Origin: Clostridia bacterium
Lineage (GTDB): Bacteria; Bacillota; Clostridia; Oscillospirales; Acutalibacteraceae
Length of the DNA stretch: 43,970 nt
Direction of reading: 5' to 3'
NCBI GenBank assembly: GCA_017418905.1
Contig: JAFOMO010000025.1
Coordinates: forward strand, 1-43,970
Positions 1 through 8,498 of this stretch are shown here, one piece after another; positions within the stretch are counted from its first letter, which is position 1, and every line of letters begins with the position of its first letter. The translations under genes were made by a program, and so were the position numbers. The notes below the pieces were generated by a model. It worked only from the letters and a program-made list of their open reading frames with translations, ran no database searches and was not told the origin of the DNA.

Positions 1-390
1 AAATCCTCAATATGTTCATATTGATCAAAATATTCGGGCTGATATGGATCAAATCCCATTTGAAGCAAATATTCAATATATTTCAATTCTATCGGTGCGG
101 GTTTATAAATGTGCCCTTTGGAAAGATTATGCTTGGTTTCTTTATCATAGATAACACCATTTTCATCTATCACTATGTTGAGACATAGCTCCGCGGCAGA
201 CTCAAGAACCAAATATGCGTACTTATCTTGGAGATCATCTATATTAGCCTCAATAAATCTCTTTGCGGAACTAATATCACTATCGTTTAGTTTCGCTATT
301 ATTCGATACTGTAATGGAATATTAGGGTCGTAACTCATTGTCTGTTCGGCTTCTTTCAGAAAGTCATCGGTTAAATCAAGATAATCCATA
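1..390 (-). CDS. hypothetical protein, 3' end cut by the window edge (first 130 codons present)
   Basis: Open minus-strand frame from ATG 390-388 (MDYLDLTDDFLKEAEQTMSYDPNIP...) to position 1 with no stop. GGAG lies about 10 nt upstream. It is absent from the ORF track because no stop lies inside the window. No recognisable motif. Confidence 0.4.
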
Positions 391-464
391 AAAAATCAAC
401 TCCACTGATACATGATTTATTATTCTATTTTACCACAATAATAAATCAAACTCAACATCGATTA

Positions 465-1190
465 TTACTGAACTTTCGGATAATCCAAAAATTCCTCCGC
501 CGAGCCGCAAAACACATTCATATCAATATACTTCTCTTCCCCATCGTAACTGTCAAGGTTCATTCTGTTTGAGTACTGCCAGAATATCCAATTTACATCT
601 TTGTTTGGCTTTGAATAAACGCTGCGTATCCAGATATCATAGTCGGGAAATGAATCCTTGATTAGCTTATTGTACCACTTTGACGTTGTGTAGATGATCG
701 GCTTTATACCGTAATATTCTTCTGTCACTGTAAGCCAATCGGTCAGCTCGGATACGTCTTTTTCGGTTATTTCCTTATATGTACCATAAGGCTCCACATC
801 GACAACGGGCGGCAGCATATTCGGAACGGACTGCACCGAATCACAGAAATGTTCTGCTTGTAATTTACCCGACGATTCAAGACTGAAAAAGTGGTACGCA
901 CCTATTCTAAGATCGGTTTTTGAAGCTTTCTCCCAATTCTCGGAAAAATGCTCATCTGTATAGCTCGAACCTTCCGTTGCCTTGATAAATGCAAAATCTA
1001 TATCCCGAGTCACTAACACACTCCAGTCGATATTGCCTTGATACTCGGAAACGTCAACACCTCTTACCGGGTACTTGTCCTTTGATGGGTGGTTTATCTG
1101 CACGATACCGAAATACAGTAACGACGCTGTGGTTATACATATTACGGTAATTGCTGAAAACGCTATAAAAAGCTTTTTGTTCACCTTCAA
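465..1190 (-). CDS. GH25-family lysozyme (muramidase) with N-terminal membrane anchor or signal
   Basis: An N-terminal hydrophobic helix (LFIAFSAITVICITTASLLYF) is followed by GVDVSEYQGNIDW...DFAFIKATEGSSYTDEHF..NW....LRIGAYHFF. This is the conserved GH25 catalytic-core pattern. Confidence 0.8.
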   Translation of the reverse strand: MKVNKKLFIAFSAITVICITTASLLYFGIVQINHPSKDKYPVRGVDVSEYQGNIDWSVLVTRDIDFAFIKATEGSSYTDEHFSENWEKASKTDLRIGAYHFFSLESSGKLQAEHFCDSVQSVPNMLPPVVDVEPYGTYKEITEKDVSELTDWLTVTEEYYGIKPIIYTTSKWYNKLIKDSFPDYDIWIRSVYSKPNKDVNWIFWQYSNRMNLDSYDGEEKYIDMNVFCGSAEEFLDYPKVQ

Positions 1191-1218
1191 ATCAAAAATC
1201 CTTTCTGTTTAATTTGCA

Positions 1219-2139
1219 TTAAGTGCTGATATGATTTACACTGCGTTCTTCATAATCATTCTTTTTATTTATTTCATTGGGATACTTTATTCTGTGAAAT
1301 TCATCTATTATCATCTGTACCTGATATTCATTAAGCTCAACCTCAACTTTAGCTGTACTTCCGCTTTTAGGTATTCTGGCATTTACAACAGCGTAATGGT
1401 CGTATCTGTTCCCGGTATACATAGAATCATCAAACTCCTTCACCCTGACAACCTTGCGTGTAATATCATCAGCGATCCGGTAGTCAATAGCATAAATGTT
1501 GTCTGCAGTAAAAATATGGATATGAGTTGTGCCAAGAATTATACCTGAATTTTTATAAGTAAGCATCTTTCCCTTAAGATACGATCGTTCAAGGGCAGGG
1601 TAGTCGATATCACGCTTTAAAAACTTTCGAACAGTTTTACCTGTATAATCGTTAAGGAAAGATAATCCTAAGTACAGAAAAAGAACAATTCCGATTGGAT
1701 ACCACCATTCAAATTTTATAAACATCATCACTGTCATCAGTATCACAAAAAGAAAAAACAAAATGATCAAAATTAGAGCGTTTTTGTTCCTGTATTTTGC
1801 ATACAAATCCGATTTCATGCTTTTTCCTTTAGGTTTTTCAAATGGATGTTCCATACGATATGTTATATACTGTTCGTGCCACTGAGAGTTTCTGAAATAT
1901 GAATCGTTAAGGATCTCGGTACTTTTGTCCACAGCGTTTTTATCGTCCTTTTTCTCGTGAAAATAAGAATAAACAGTCCAGATAAAAACAGCAGGCGTGG
2001 CGATAACAGCCGATACAATATACTTAATGTCATATCTGCCCATAAATAATAAAAATATATCTGCGATGAGCATTAATAAACATAGATTCACCAGATTTTT
2101 CTTGGAATTTAATACGTCAGGATCGTTCCATCTTTTCAA
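1219..2139 (-). CDS. membrane protein of unknown function (4 predicted TM helices plus a C-terminal soluble domain)
   Basis: 306-aa ORF with two pairs of hydrophobic helices. The C-terminal domain (YKNSGIILGTTHIHIF...) resembles those of the ORFs at 4410-4985 and 6935-7531. Confidence 0.55.
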   Translation of the reverse strand: MKRWNDPDVLNSKKNLVNLCLLMLIADIFLLFMGRYDIKYIVSAVIATPAVFIWTVYSYFHEKKDDKNAVDKSTEILNDSYFRNSQWHEQYITYRMEHPFEKPKGKSMKSDLYAKYRNKNALILIILFFLFVILMTVMMFIKFEWWYPIGIVLFLYLGLSFLNDYTGKTVRKFLKRDIDYPALERSYLKGKMLTYKNSGIILGTTHIHIFTADNIYAIDYRIADDITRKVVRVKEFDDSMYTGNRYDHYAVVNARIPKSGSTAKVEVELNEYQVQMIIDEFHRIKYPNEINKKNDYEERSVNHIST

Positions 2140-2203
2140 TTATATATCATCTCCGTTTATTTACATTTTTATTATAACTAACAGTCTTCAGAACATTTCT
2201 ATC

Positions 2204-2767
2204 CTACGGTTCGATCTCAATGCTTTTTGCTATTTTGCTGTTCGGGTAAAATTCGATGGTAATAGCTTTCGTATGAGCATAAACCGACATAGCATCTGAG
2301 ACCTTCAGTGTTCGGTTTTTATCAATTTCGTTGTAGCTGTTGTGGATACATTCAAGCTGCGATTTTGTAAGATATATTGTTCTGTCCTGCCCGTCCGGAT
2401 AGTAGATCAACAGTTTCTGAGATTTTAAAAAGGTCTGATAATAACTTGTTTGAAAGATCTCAGTACCTTTTATCGAATCCTTTACAAACGGCACAGTGAT
2501 TCCGGACATAGCAAAACAACAAATGAGGATGAGAATACATATTACCTTGTATCTTCCAAAATTTCGCTTTACTCCGCTGTCAACACGGCTGCGTATCAAA
2601 ACATATGTCATATAAACAGAATTCAATATGAACAACAGCCACAATAATGGAATAAGATAAACGGCAATAAACCCAAACCGTCTTGGAATTTGTGACATAA
2701 AAGCAATTCCGCAAATTAACAAAGCATTAAAGGCTGTTGAATTAGACAGTCTATTCTGCGGTGACAT
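2204..2767 (-). CDS. membrane protein of unknown function (3 TM helices plus a C-terminal domain)
   Basis: 187-aa ORF with three hydrophobic segments, then a polar about 90-aa tail. No recognisable motif. Confidence 0.5.
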   Translation of the reverse strand: MSPQNRLSNSTAFNALLICGIAFMSQIPRRFGFIAVYLIPLLWLLFILNSVYMTYVLIRSRVDSGVKRNFGRYKVICILILICCFAMSGITVPFVKDSIKGTEIFQTSYYQTFLKSQKLLIYYPDGQDRTIYLTKSQLECIHNSYNEIDKNRTLKVSDAMSVYAHTKAITIEFYPNSKIAKSIEIEP

Positions 2768-2943
2768 CTTATCATTCCTTTCTACATTTAAATATATTGT
2801 CTGTATCCATCAATATATAGTATACATTAACAAAGGTGGATTTTTCAAGTAGCACATCAAAAATAATGCAACCACAAAAGGTTATCAATTTTGCGAGCTC
2901 GTAAACGAAATAGTTCTTTGACCCAAAAGGCATTATGTTTTTC

Positions 2944-2972
2944 TTGACAAAATCAATATTATTATGTAATAT
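2944..2972 (+). promoter_or_regulatory. sigma-A-type promoter for the cysK-like gene
   Basis: TTGACA (2944-2949), 17-nt spacer ending in TG, TAATAT (2967-2972). It lies 33 nt upstream of the ATG, so the leader is too short for a riboswitch or T-box. Confidence 0.45.
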
Positions 2973-3004
2973 TAGTTTATCTGCTTTTTTTGGAGGATTT
3001 TACT

Positions 3005-3934
3005 ATGATATACAATAACATATTAGATGCTGTCGGAAAAACGCCAATGATAAGACTTAACAGAATCTGTGAACCGGACAGTGCAGAGATACTTGTAAAG
3101 GTAGAGGCATTAAATGTAGGCGGTTCAATAAAAACCCGCACCGCATTGAATATGATAGAACAAGCCGAGAGAGAAGGACTTATAAATAAAGACTCTATTA
3201 TTGTAGAGCCTACAAGCGGTAATCAAGGGATAGGTCTTGCACTGGTAGGGGCAGTAAAAGGCTACAAAACGATAATAATTATGCCTGATTCTGTAAGCGA
3301 AGAAAGAAGAAAGCTTGTAAGACATTACGGTGCACAGGTAATGCTCATACACGATGCGGGAGATATCGGAAAGTGCATAGAGGAATGCTTGCAGACAGCT
3401 CTGCGTATGAAAGAACAAGACCCTAAGGTGTTTGTACCTCAGCAGTTTGCAAACAAGCATAATACTCTTGCACATAAACGTCATACCGCACTTGAAATAA
3501 TGGCACAATCAGCAAGACCGATTCACGGCTTTTGCAGCGGAATAGGTACAGGCGGCACTATAACGGGCATTGGTGAAGTGCTTAAAGCACAATATCCCGA
3601 TATAGAAATATGGGCTATTGAGCCTGAGAATGCAGCAATACTAAAGGGCGGAACTATCGGTACTCATATACAAATGGGGATCGGAGATGGTATCATACCC
3701 GATATTCTTAACAGAAATATTTATGATGAGATATATGTTGTTTCTGATGAAGAGGCACTCGAAACTTCAAAGCGTCTTGCTCGTGAAGAGGGCTTGATGT
3801 GCGGTATATCAAGCGGTTCAAATGTAGCTGCGGCAATTAAGCTTGCCAAAAAGCTCGGCAAAGGTAAGACTGTTGTAACTATTTTACCCGATACCGCCGA
3901 GAGATACTTTTCTACTCAGTTGTTTTTTGAGTAA
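3005..3934 (+). CDS. cysK: cysteine synthase (O-acetylserine sulfhydrylase) family PLP-dependent enzyme
   Basis: Motifs: GGSIKTR (PLP lysine), TSGNQGIGLA, GIGTGGTITG. Length is about 310 aa. I moved the start from the TTG at 2990 to ATG 3005, which has GGAGG (2992-2996) 8 nt upstream. Confidence 0.8.
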   Translation: MIYNNILDAVGKTPMIRLNRICEPDSAEILVKVEALNVGGSIKTRTALNMIEQAEREGLINKDSIIVEPTSGNQGIGLALVGAVKGYKTIIIMPDSVSEERRKLVRHYGAQVMLIHDAGDIGKCIEECLQTALRMKEQDPKVFVPQQFANKHNTLAHKRHTALEIMAQSARPIHGFCSGIGTGGTITGIGEVLKAQYPDIEIWAIEPENAAILKGGTIGTHIQMGIGDGIIPDILNRNIYDEIYVVSDEEALETSKRLAREEGLMCGISSGSNVAAAIKLAKKLGKGKTVVTILPDTAERYFSTQLFFE

Positions 3935-4001
3935 ATCAGATTTAAACGACTTTTACTATCATTTTTATTACTTATTAATAGCTATTATAATTATAAAAAT
4001 T

Positions 4002-4040
4002 ATCCGATATACAAATGCTATTGTATATCGGATTATATTT
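4002..4040. terminator. bidirectional hairpin terminator downstream of cysK
   Basis: 13-bp perfect stem ATCCGATATACAA / TTGTATATCGGAT (4002-4014 / 4021-4033) with a 6-nt loop and AT/T-rich flanks on both strands. Confidence 0.5.
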
Positions 4041-4165
4041 ACATATCGTATATAGAACAATAATTATAGGTTTTAGATATAATACTGATTTCTAACATTC
4101 CCTATTCCGCTTACTATCCGATAATAAGCGTTAGAAGTTATTTTATATACTATTGCAAAATGCAT

Positions 4166-4249
4166 TTATAAATACTCCTGTGTTGGTGTTATTTTGCTTT
4201 GATTGTCCCAAGGGGTTCTTTTTCTTGACTTGCTTCTATTTTTCATCAT
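4166..4249 (-). CDS. candidate small ORF encoding a 27-aa basic peptide (MMKNRSKSRKRTPWDNQSKITPTQEYL)
   Basis: GGAGGTGA (4259-4252) lies 5 nt before the ATG (4249). An upstream promoter-like pair is TTGCGC (4305-4300), 18 nt, TATAAT (4281-4276). The ORF is below the length cutoff of the ORF track. No homology recognised. Confidence 0.25.
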   Translation of the reverse strand: MMKNRSKSRKRTPWDNQSKITPTQEYL

Positions 4250-4409
4250 CGTCACCTCCGATTGAAGTGACTTTTATTATACTATTAATTAGGTGCTGTG
4301 CGCAAGTCTGGATTTTTAGTTTTTTACTGAAAAATGCGTTATGATCAAGTAACCCACAGCTAACCTGAACAAGTTCATGAATCATTGCAGAAGAATCATT
4401 GTTTGTATA

Positions 4410-4985
4410 CTACCTGACTTCGATATGAGGTGCTGCCTGTTTGAGATATTCTCTCATTTCTGCCCATTCTCTTGCAAATTCTCTGCTGGTAGGCAAGTAA
4501 CATAGCTTATAGGTCTGACTGCCAACATCCGCCGCAAGATAACGTCTTTGAAACACAGTACCCTCAATAGTATAACGATCCATTGTAACATACAGCACGG
4601 ATATTTCATCATACAACAGCATTACGCCCAGACCCTTGCCTATTATACAATCGTTTCCCAACAATACTGTATCTTTGAATTTGAACGTACCCTTTTGCAT
4701 ATCAATAACAGCATAGTCAAGCCAGCCTTTAATTTTAAGATAGTTTACTCTTCCTGTAAAGACCCTGCGAGGGTAGTATATCATTTTGTAAAAGAAAAAT
4801 CCACCTGTACCAAACAATATTACAAACGCCATAAGTCCGGATATTATCAGATCGTCTGTATCACTTTCTTCAGAGCCGAGAAAAATCAATATAGTCAATA
4901 CAGGTTCCAATACCACAAAATATAATAATGCAAGCGAAAAAAACTTTTTTCTGCTTGTTAAGCAAAAACTTTCTAAATATTCCAT
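4410..4985 (-). CDS. 2-TM membrane protein of unknown function, paralogue-like to 6935-7531
   Basis: 191 aa with two N-terminal hydrophobic helices, then a beta-rich domain (FKFKDTVLLGNDCIIGKG...EWAEMREYLKQAAPHIEV). This is colinear with the 6935-7531 product. Confidence 0.55.
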   Translation of the reverse strand: MEYLESFCLTSRKKFFSLALLYFVVLEPVLTILIFLGSEESDTDDLIISGLMAFVILFGTGGFFFYKMIYYPRRVFTGRVNYLKIKGWLDYAVIDMQKGTFKFKDTVLLGNDCIIGKGLGVMLLYDEISVLYVTMDRYTIEGTVFQRRYLAADVGSQTYKLCYLPTSREFAREWAEMREYLKQAAPHIEVR

Positions 4986-5000
4986 TGATGTTCAACCTTC

Positions 5001-6788
5001 TTAAATTGGCTCAAAGTCTGCTGCACCGTGTTTACACAGTGGACAGATATAATCATCAGGCAATACATCTCCCTCGTAAATATATCCGCAGATCTTGCAG
5101 ACAAAGCCTTTTTTACCCTCTGACTGCGGCTTTGGCTTTACGTTGTTCTGATAATATGTATAAGTCATCGTTTCTTTCTCGGAAACTACTCTTGCTTCGG
5201 TCACACTGCATATTAACATACCGTGAGTATCGAGGTCGATATACTGCTCAACCTTCAACGACATAAAAGAGTTGATATATTTAGGTAGGAACGCAAGTCC
5301 GTTATCTGAGTACAAAGGAGTAATGTTCTCAAATTTATTATTATCTCTGCCGCTCTTGAAGCCGAAATCTTCAAACACGCTGAACGGTGCGTCTGTTGAA
5401 AGACAGTTCACGTTCATTTTTCCTGTTGACTTGATCACCTCATGGGAATAGTTTTGCTTGTTTATAGTAACTGCGATCCTGTTTGGAGTATTGGTTACCT
5501 GAGTAACAGCGTTTACAATAAGACCGTTGTCACGCTTGCCGTCATTGGAAGTAACGACATACAAACCGTAACCAATGTTGAACAAAGCTGTAAGATCGTT
5601 CTTATTTGCTGTTTCTTCATGCTGTGCGAGATAGTCCATACAAAGCTCGTTTGCAAGCTTTTCTATTTGTTCACGGCTTTCATCATTGAGGGCAGACATA
5701 ATTCTTACCGTATTTTCTGTGAAGTTCAGGTTTACGCACCCTTCAAGCATTTTACGCATTGTTTTTGCTGCAAGAGGTGCCCAAGAACCGTTTTCGATAA
5801 GTGCTATCGTCTTGTTTCTGAAATTCCTCTCGGTAAGATGTTCTATGAACTCTCTCATAAACGGGAAAATTTCTGCATTATATGTAGTTGTGGCAAGAAC
5901 TATTCTGCCATAGCGGAATGCGTCTTCAACAGCTTCTGCCATATCGCATCTTGCAAGATCGTTTACAACCACCTTCGGGCAGCCCTTTGCTGTAAGCTTT
6001 TTAGCAAGCAGCTCTACAGCAGCTTTTGTGTTACCATATACAGACGTATATGCGATAACAATACCTTCTGATTCAACAGTATATTTTGACCATGTATCGT
6101 ATAATCCTATATAGTACCCAAGATTTTCTGTAAGCACAGAACCGTGCAGAGGGCAAATGATCTTAATATCAAGCACAGACGCTTTTTTGAGCAGTGCCTG
6201 AACCTGAGCACCGTATTTACCTACAATTCCTATATAGTAGCGGCGAGCCTCGCAAGCCCAGTCCTCTTCAACGTCAAGAGCTCCGAATTTTCCGAATCCA
6301 TCAGCAGAGAACAAAACCTTATCAAGACTATCGTACGTTACTATTACCTCAGGCCAATGTACCATTGGAGCTTCAACAAAATTAAGGGTATGAGAACCTA
6401 ACTCTAAAAAATCTCCCTCACGTACAATTATTCTTCTGTCCTCAAAATCTGTGCCAAAGAAGTTTTTCATCATGGCAAAAGCTTTTTTTGATGACACAAC
6501 AACAGCATCGGGATATTTTTGCATGAATACTTTGATATTTGCCGAATGATCAGGTTCCATGTGCTGTACAACAAGATAGTCGGGTAAACGTCCGTCAAGA
6601 ACATTTTCAAGATTTGACAGCCACTCGTCTTTAAAATTGCGGTCTACCGTATCCATAACCGCAATTTTTGAATCGATGATAACATAAGAATTGTACGCCA
6701 TACCGTTAGGCACGTCATACTGACCCTCAAAAAGATCGACATTATGATCGTTTACACCTATATAGCGAATGTCATTTGTTATTTTCAT
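5001..6788 (-). CDS. multidomain flavodiiron protein: metallo-beta-lactamase-like diiron domain, flavodoxin, flavin-reductase-like domain and C-terminal rubredoxin
   Basis: Diiron-site motif HMEPDH. A flavodoxin-like block follows (VIAYTSVYGNTK). A roughly 160-aa FMN-reductase-like segment follows that. The C-terminus is CKICGYIY...CPLCKHG (rubredoxin CxxC...CxxC). I moved the start to ATG 6788 (MKITNDIRYIGV), with GGAGG 7 nt upstream. Confidence 0.85.
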   Translation of the reverse strand: MKITNDIRYIGVNDHNVDLFEGQYDVPNGMAYNSYVIIDSKIAVMDTVDRNFKDEWLSNLENVLDGRLPDYLVVQHMEPDHSANIKVFMQKYPDAVVVSSKKAFAMMKNFFGTDFEDRRIIVREGDFLELGSHTLNFVEAPMVHWPEVIVTYDSLDKVLFSADGFGKFGALDVEEDWACEARRYYIGIVGKYGAQVQALLKKASVLDIKIICPLHGSVLTENLGYYIGLYDTWSKYTVESEGIVIAYTSVYGNTKAAVELLAKKLTAKGCPKVVVNDLARCDMAEAVEDAFRYGRIVLATTTYNAEIFPFMREFIEHLTERNFRNKTIALIENGSWAPLAAKTMRKMLEGCVNLNFTENTVRIMSALNDESREQIEKLANELCMDYLAQHEETANKNDLTALFNIGYGLYVVTSNDGKRDNGLIVNAVTQVTNTPNRIAVTINKQNYSHEVIKSTGKMNVNCLSTDAPFSVFEDFGFKSGRDNNKFENITPLYSDNGLAFLPKYINSFMSLKVEQYIDLDTHGMLICSVTEARVVSEKETMTYTYYQNNVKPKPQSEGKKGFVCKICGYIYEGDVLPDDYICPLCKHGAADFEPI

Positions 6789-6859
6789 TAATATGCCTCC
6801 CTTTGAACCGTTGATACATATAAAACGGATAAAAAAAATCAACAGCTCTTTATTTTTTT

Positions 6860-6888
6860 ATTATATCATAATCAATTATAAAACACAA
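6860..6888 (-). promoter_or_regulatory. promoter of the flavodiiron gene with an AT-rich near-palindrome in the spacer
   Basis: Minus-strand reading: TTGTGT (6888-6883), 17 nt, TGATATAAT (-10 at 6865-6860). The spacer contains TTATAATTGATTATGA (6881-6866). Confidence 0.4.
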
Positions 6889-6934
6889 CAATAATTTATA
6901 CAGTATATTAAGAAATACATTTTTTTCGGTATTA

Positions 6935-7531
6935 TCATTCATAACTTTCTTCCACAAAAACAGTCTTTGTTTGGATATGTCGCTTAACCTTAATATCCGG
7001 ATTTACGGATGTAAGCTTTTTAGCTAAGTTCTCCCATTCGGACTGATAGTAATAATCCGAATGATAAAACAATATATCCATTCCGTTTTCAATTAAATAA
7101 TAATCCCATTCTATATCAGTTACTGCCCCTGTATATATGATCTTGACAATCTTCATACCATTCAGAGAAGAAATAGGCAGTACTCCTACCCTATTGAGAC
7201 CAAATATAAATTTATCTCCTATAAGGATTCCGTTTTTAAAATATGTCTCGGCATGAGTAAAATCATCTTCCGCCAGCTTTAATATACCTCGTTCTTTAAG
7301 CAGTTTCATATTCCTCTTATATTCTTTAAGTTGATAAGCATAAGAAAAATAATATTTATATACAACTATGATCCAAAGCACTATATCAATAACCACCAGC
7401 AAAGGCAGATTAGTAAAACTATCCTTTTTAAAAACGAGTAAGTATGTTAGGAATATCGGAAGGATCAAGGAAAATCCTATCTTAACGGAAGCACTGCCTA
7501 TATCGGGCTTTAAATATTTTTGTAATGTCAT
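6935..7531 (-). CDS. 2-TM membrane protein of unknown function, paralogue-like to 4410-4985
   Basis: 198 aa with two hydrophobic helices, then YFKNGILIGDKFIFG...EWENLAKKLTSVNPDIKV. Confidence 0.55.
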   Translation of the reverse strand: MTLQKYLKPDIGSASVKIGFSLILPIFLTYLLVFKKDSFTNLPLLVVIDIVLWIIVVYKYYFSYAYQLKEYKRNMKLLKERGILKLAEDDFTHAETYFKNGILIGDKFIFGLNRVGVLPISSLNGMKIVKIIYTGAVTDIEWDYYLIENGMDILFYHSDYYYQSEWENLAKKLTSVNPDIKVKRHIQTKTVFVEESYE

Positions 7532-7548
7532 AAATTTTTCACCTTTAG

Positions 7549-7587
7549 AAAAACAGTCTGCGCTGTTTGAAGTGCAGACTGTTTTTA
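7549..7587. terminator. bidirectional intrinsic terminator after the aquaporin gene
   Basis: Stem AAACAGTCTGC (7551-7561) / GCAGACTGTTT (7574-7584), flanked by an A-run and a T-run. Confidence 0.6.
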
Positions 7588-7599
7588 ATATTATGAATG

Positions 7600-8373
7600 T
7601 TACTTTTTCTTTGACGTTTTCTTTGACTGTGATGAAGATGTATTTGTCTTTGCAACGGTTTTTTCGGGTGCGGCAGTTTTTCCTGCTTTATCGAGATAAT
7701 TGTATGCCAAAGCTGCCAATGCACCGCCAACAAGCGGAGCAAGCAAAAATACCCAGACCTGAGAGAGTGCTGCAACACCGTTATTGCAGCCGAATATTGC
7801 CGATACGAAAGCTGCGCCGAAGCTGCGTGCAGGGTTTACGGAAGTTCCTGTCAAGGGCAGACCGAGCAAATGAACCAATGTAAGTGCAAAGCCTATTACA
7901 AGACCTGCGGGCTTACTGAACTCGGGTTTGCTTGTAACACCGCAAATAGCAAATACGAATACAAACGTCAATACTATCTCAGCGATTATTGCACCGAAAA
8001 GTGTTATTCCAGTTGCGGAAAGATCACCGTAACCATTTGTACCCATTCCGTTCTCTGCCAAAAAAGGTGTGCCTGCAAGCATTGCATAAAGAATGAATCC
8101 GCCTAATGTCGCACCGATAAACTGGCTTACAACATAGCCTACAAATTCTGTGGGAGTAAGCTTTTTGTTGATAAGCATAGCAAGCGATACAGCAGGGTTA
8201 ACATGACAGCCCGAAATATTGCCGACAGAATATGCCATAGCAATTATTACAAGTCCGAAAGCAAGGGCAATGCCGACATAACCTGCACCCAAACCGTTTG
8301 TTGCTGCAACACCGCAGCCGAATGTCACCAATACGGCAGTACCCAGACACTCTGCAATAAACTTTTTCATCAT
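7600..8373 (-). CDS. MIP-family channel (aquaporin/aquaglyceroporin) with a Ser/Lys-rich C-terminal tail
   Basis: Two NPA boxes (SGCHVNPAVS and GTSVNPARS) and six hydrophobic helices. The likely start is the ATGATG at 8373/8370, downstream of GGAGG. Confidence 0.85.
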   Translation of the reverse strand: MMKKFIAECLGTAVLVTFGCGVAATNGLGAGYVGIALAFGLVIIAMAYSVGNISGCHVNPAVSLAMLINKKLTPTEFVGYVVSQFIGATLGGFILYAMLAGTPFLAENGMGTNGYGDLSATGITLFGAIIAEIVLTFVFVFAICGVTSKPEFSKPAGLVIGFALTLVHLLGLPLTGTSVNPARSFGAAFVSAIFGCNNGVAALSQVWVFLLAPLVGGALAALAYNYLDKAGKTAAPEKTVAKTNTSSSQSKKTSKKK

Positions 8374-8412
8374 AAACAACATCCTCCTATCAAAATGGAA
8401 TATTATATTTAT

Positions 8413-8441
8413 ATATTAGCACAATAATACCACTTTGTAAA
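8413..8441 (-). promoter_or_regulatory. sigma-A-type promoter for the aquaporin gene
   Basis: Minus-strand reading: TTTACA (8441-8436), 17 nt ending in TGC, TAATAT (8418-8413). Confidence 0.4.
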
Positions 8442-8498
8442 TAAAAAATTGTTATAATTATGAAAAAATTTATAATTATTATATAATCATATAAATGA

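Noticed and set aside
465-1190. GH25 lysozyme as a marker of a prophage lysis cassette.
   Set aside because: There are no holin, portal, terminase, tail or integrase genes nearby. The protein has its own membrane anchor, and its neighbours are small membrane proteins. It is more likely a chromosomal autolysin.
2768-3004. Possible S-box, T-box or other riboswitch upstream of the cysK-like gene.
   Set aside because: A good promoter (2944-2972) leaves a leader of only about 30 nt. There is no terminator or antiterminator structure and no conserved riboswitch core.
2990-3004. N-terminal extensions in the ORF track that begin at TTG or GTG or at upstream ATGs: 2990, 6842, 8382, 10604, 10789, 30295, 32618, 34689 and 42221.
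   Set aside because: In each case a downstream ATG has a properly spaced GGAGG-type ribosome-binding site and matches the family N-terminus. The coordinates were trimmed accordingly. RseP (43594) and VanZ (36763) remain uncertain.
5442-6071. A 209-aa + strand ORF, and similar long antisense ORFs at 17093-17347, 21911-22288, 38989-39564 and 40373-40805.
   Set aside because: All lie entirely inside minus-strand genes with strong family signatures (flavodiiron protein, ABC ATPase, recN, polC). They are Cys/Phe/Ile-rich with no motifs or ribosome-binding sites, so they are shadow ORFs.
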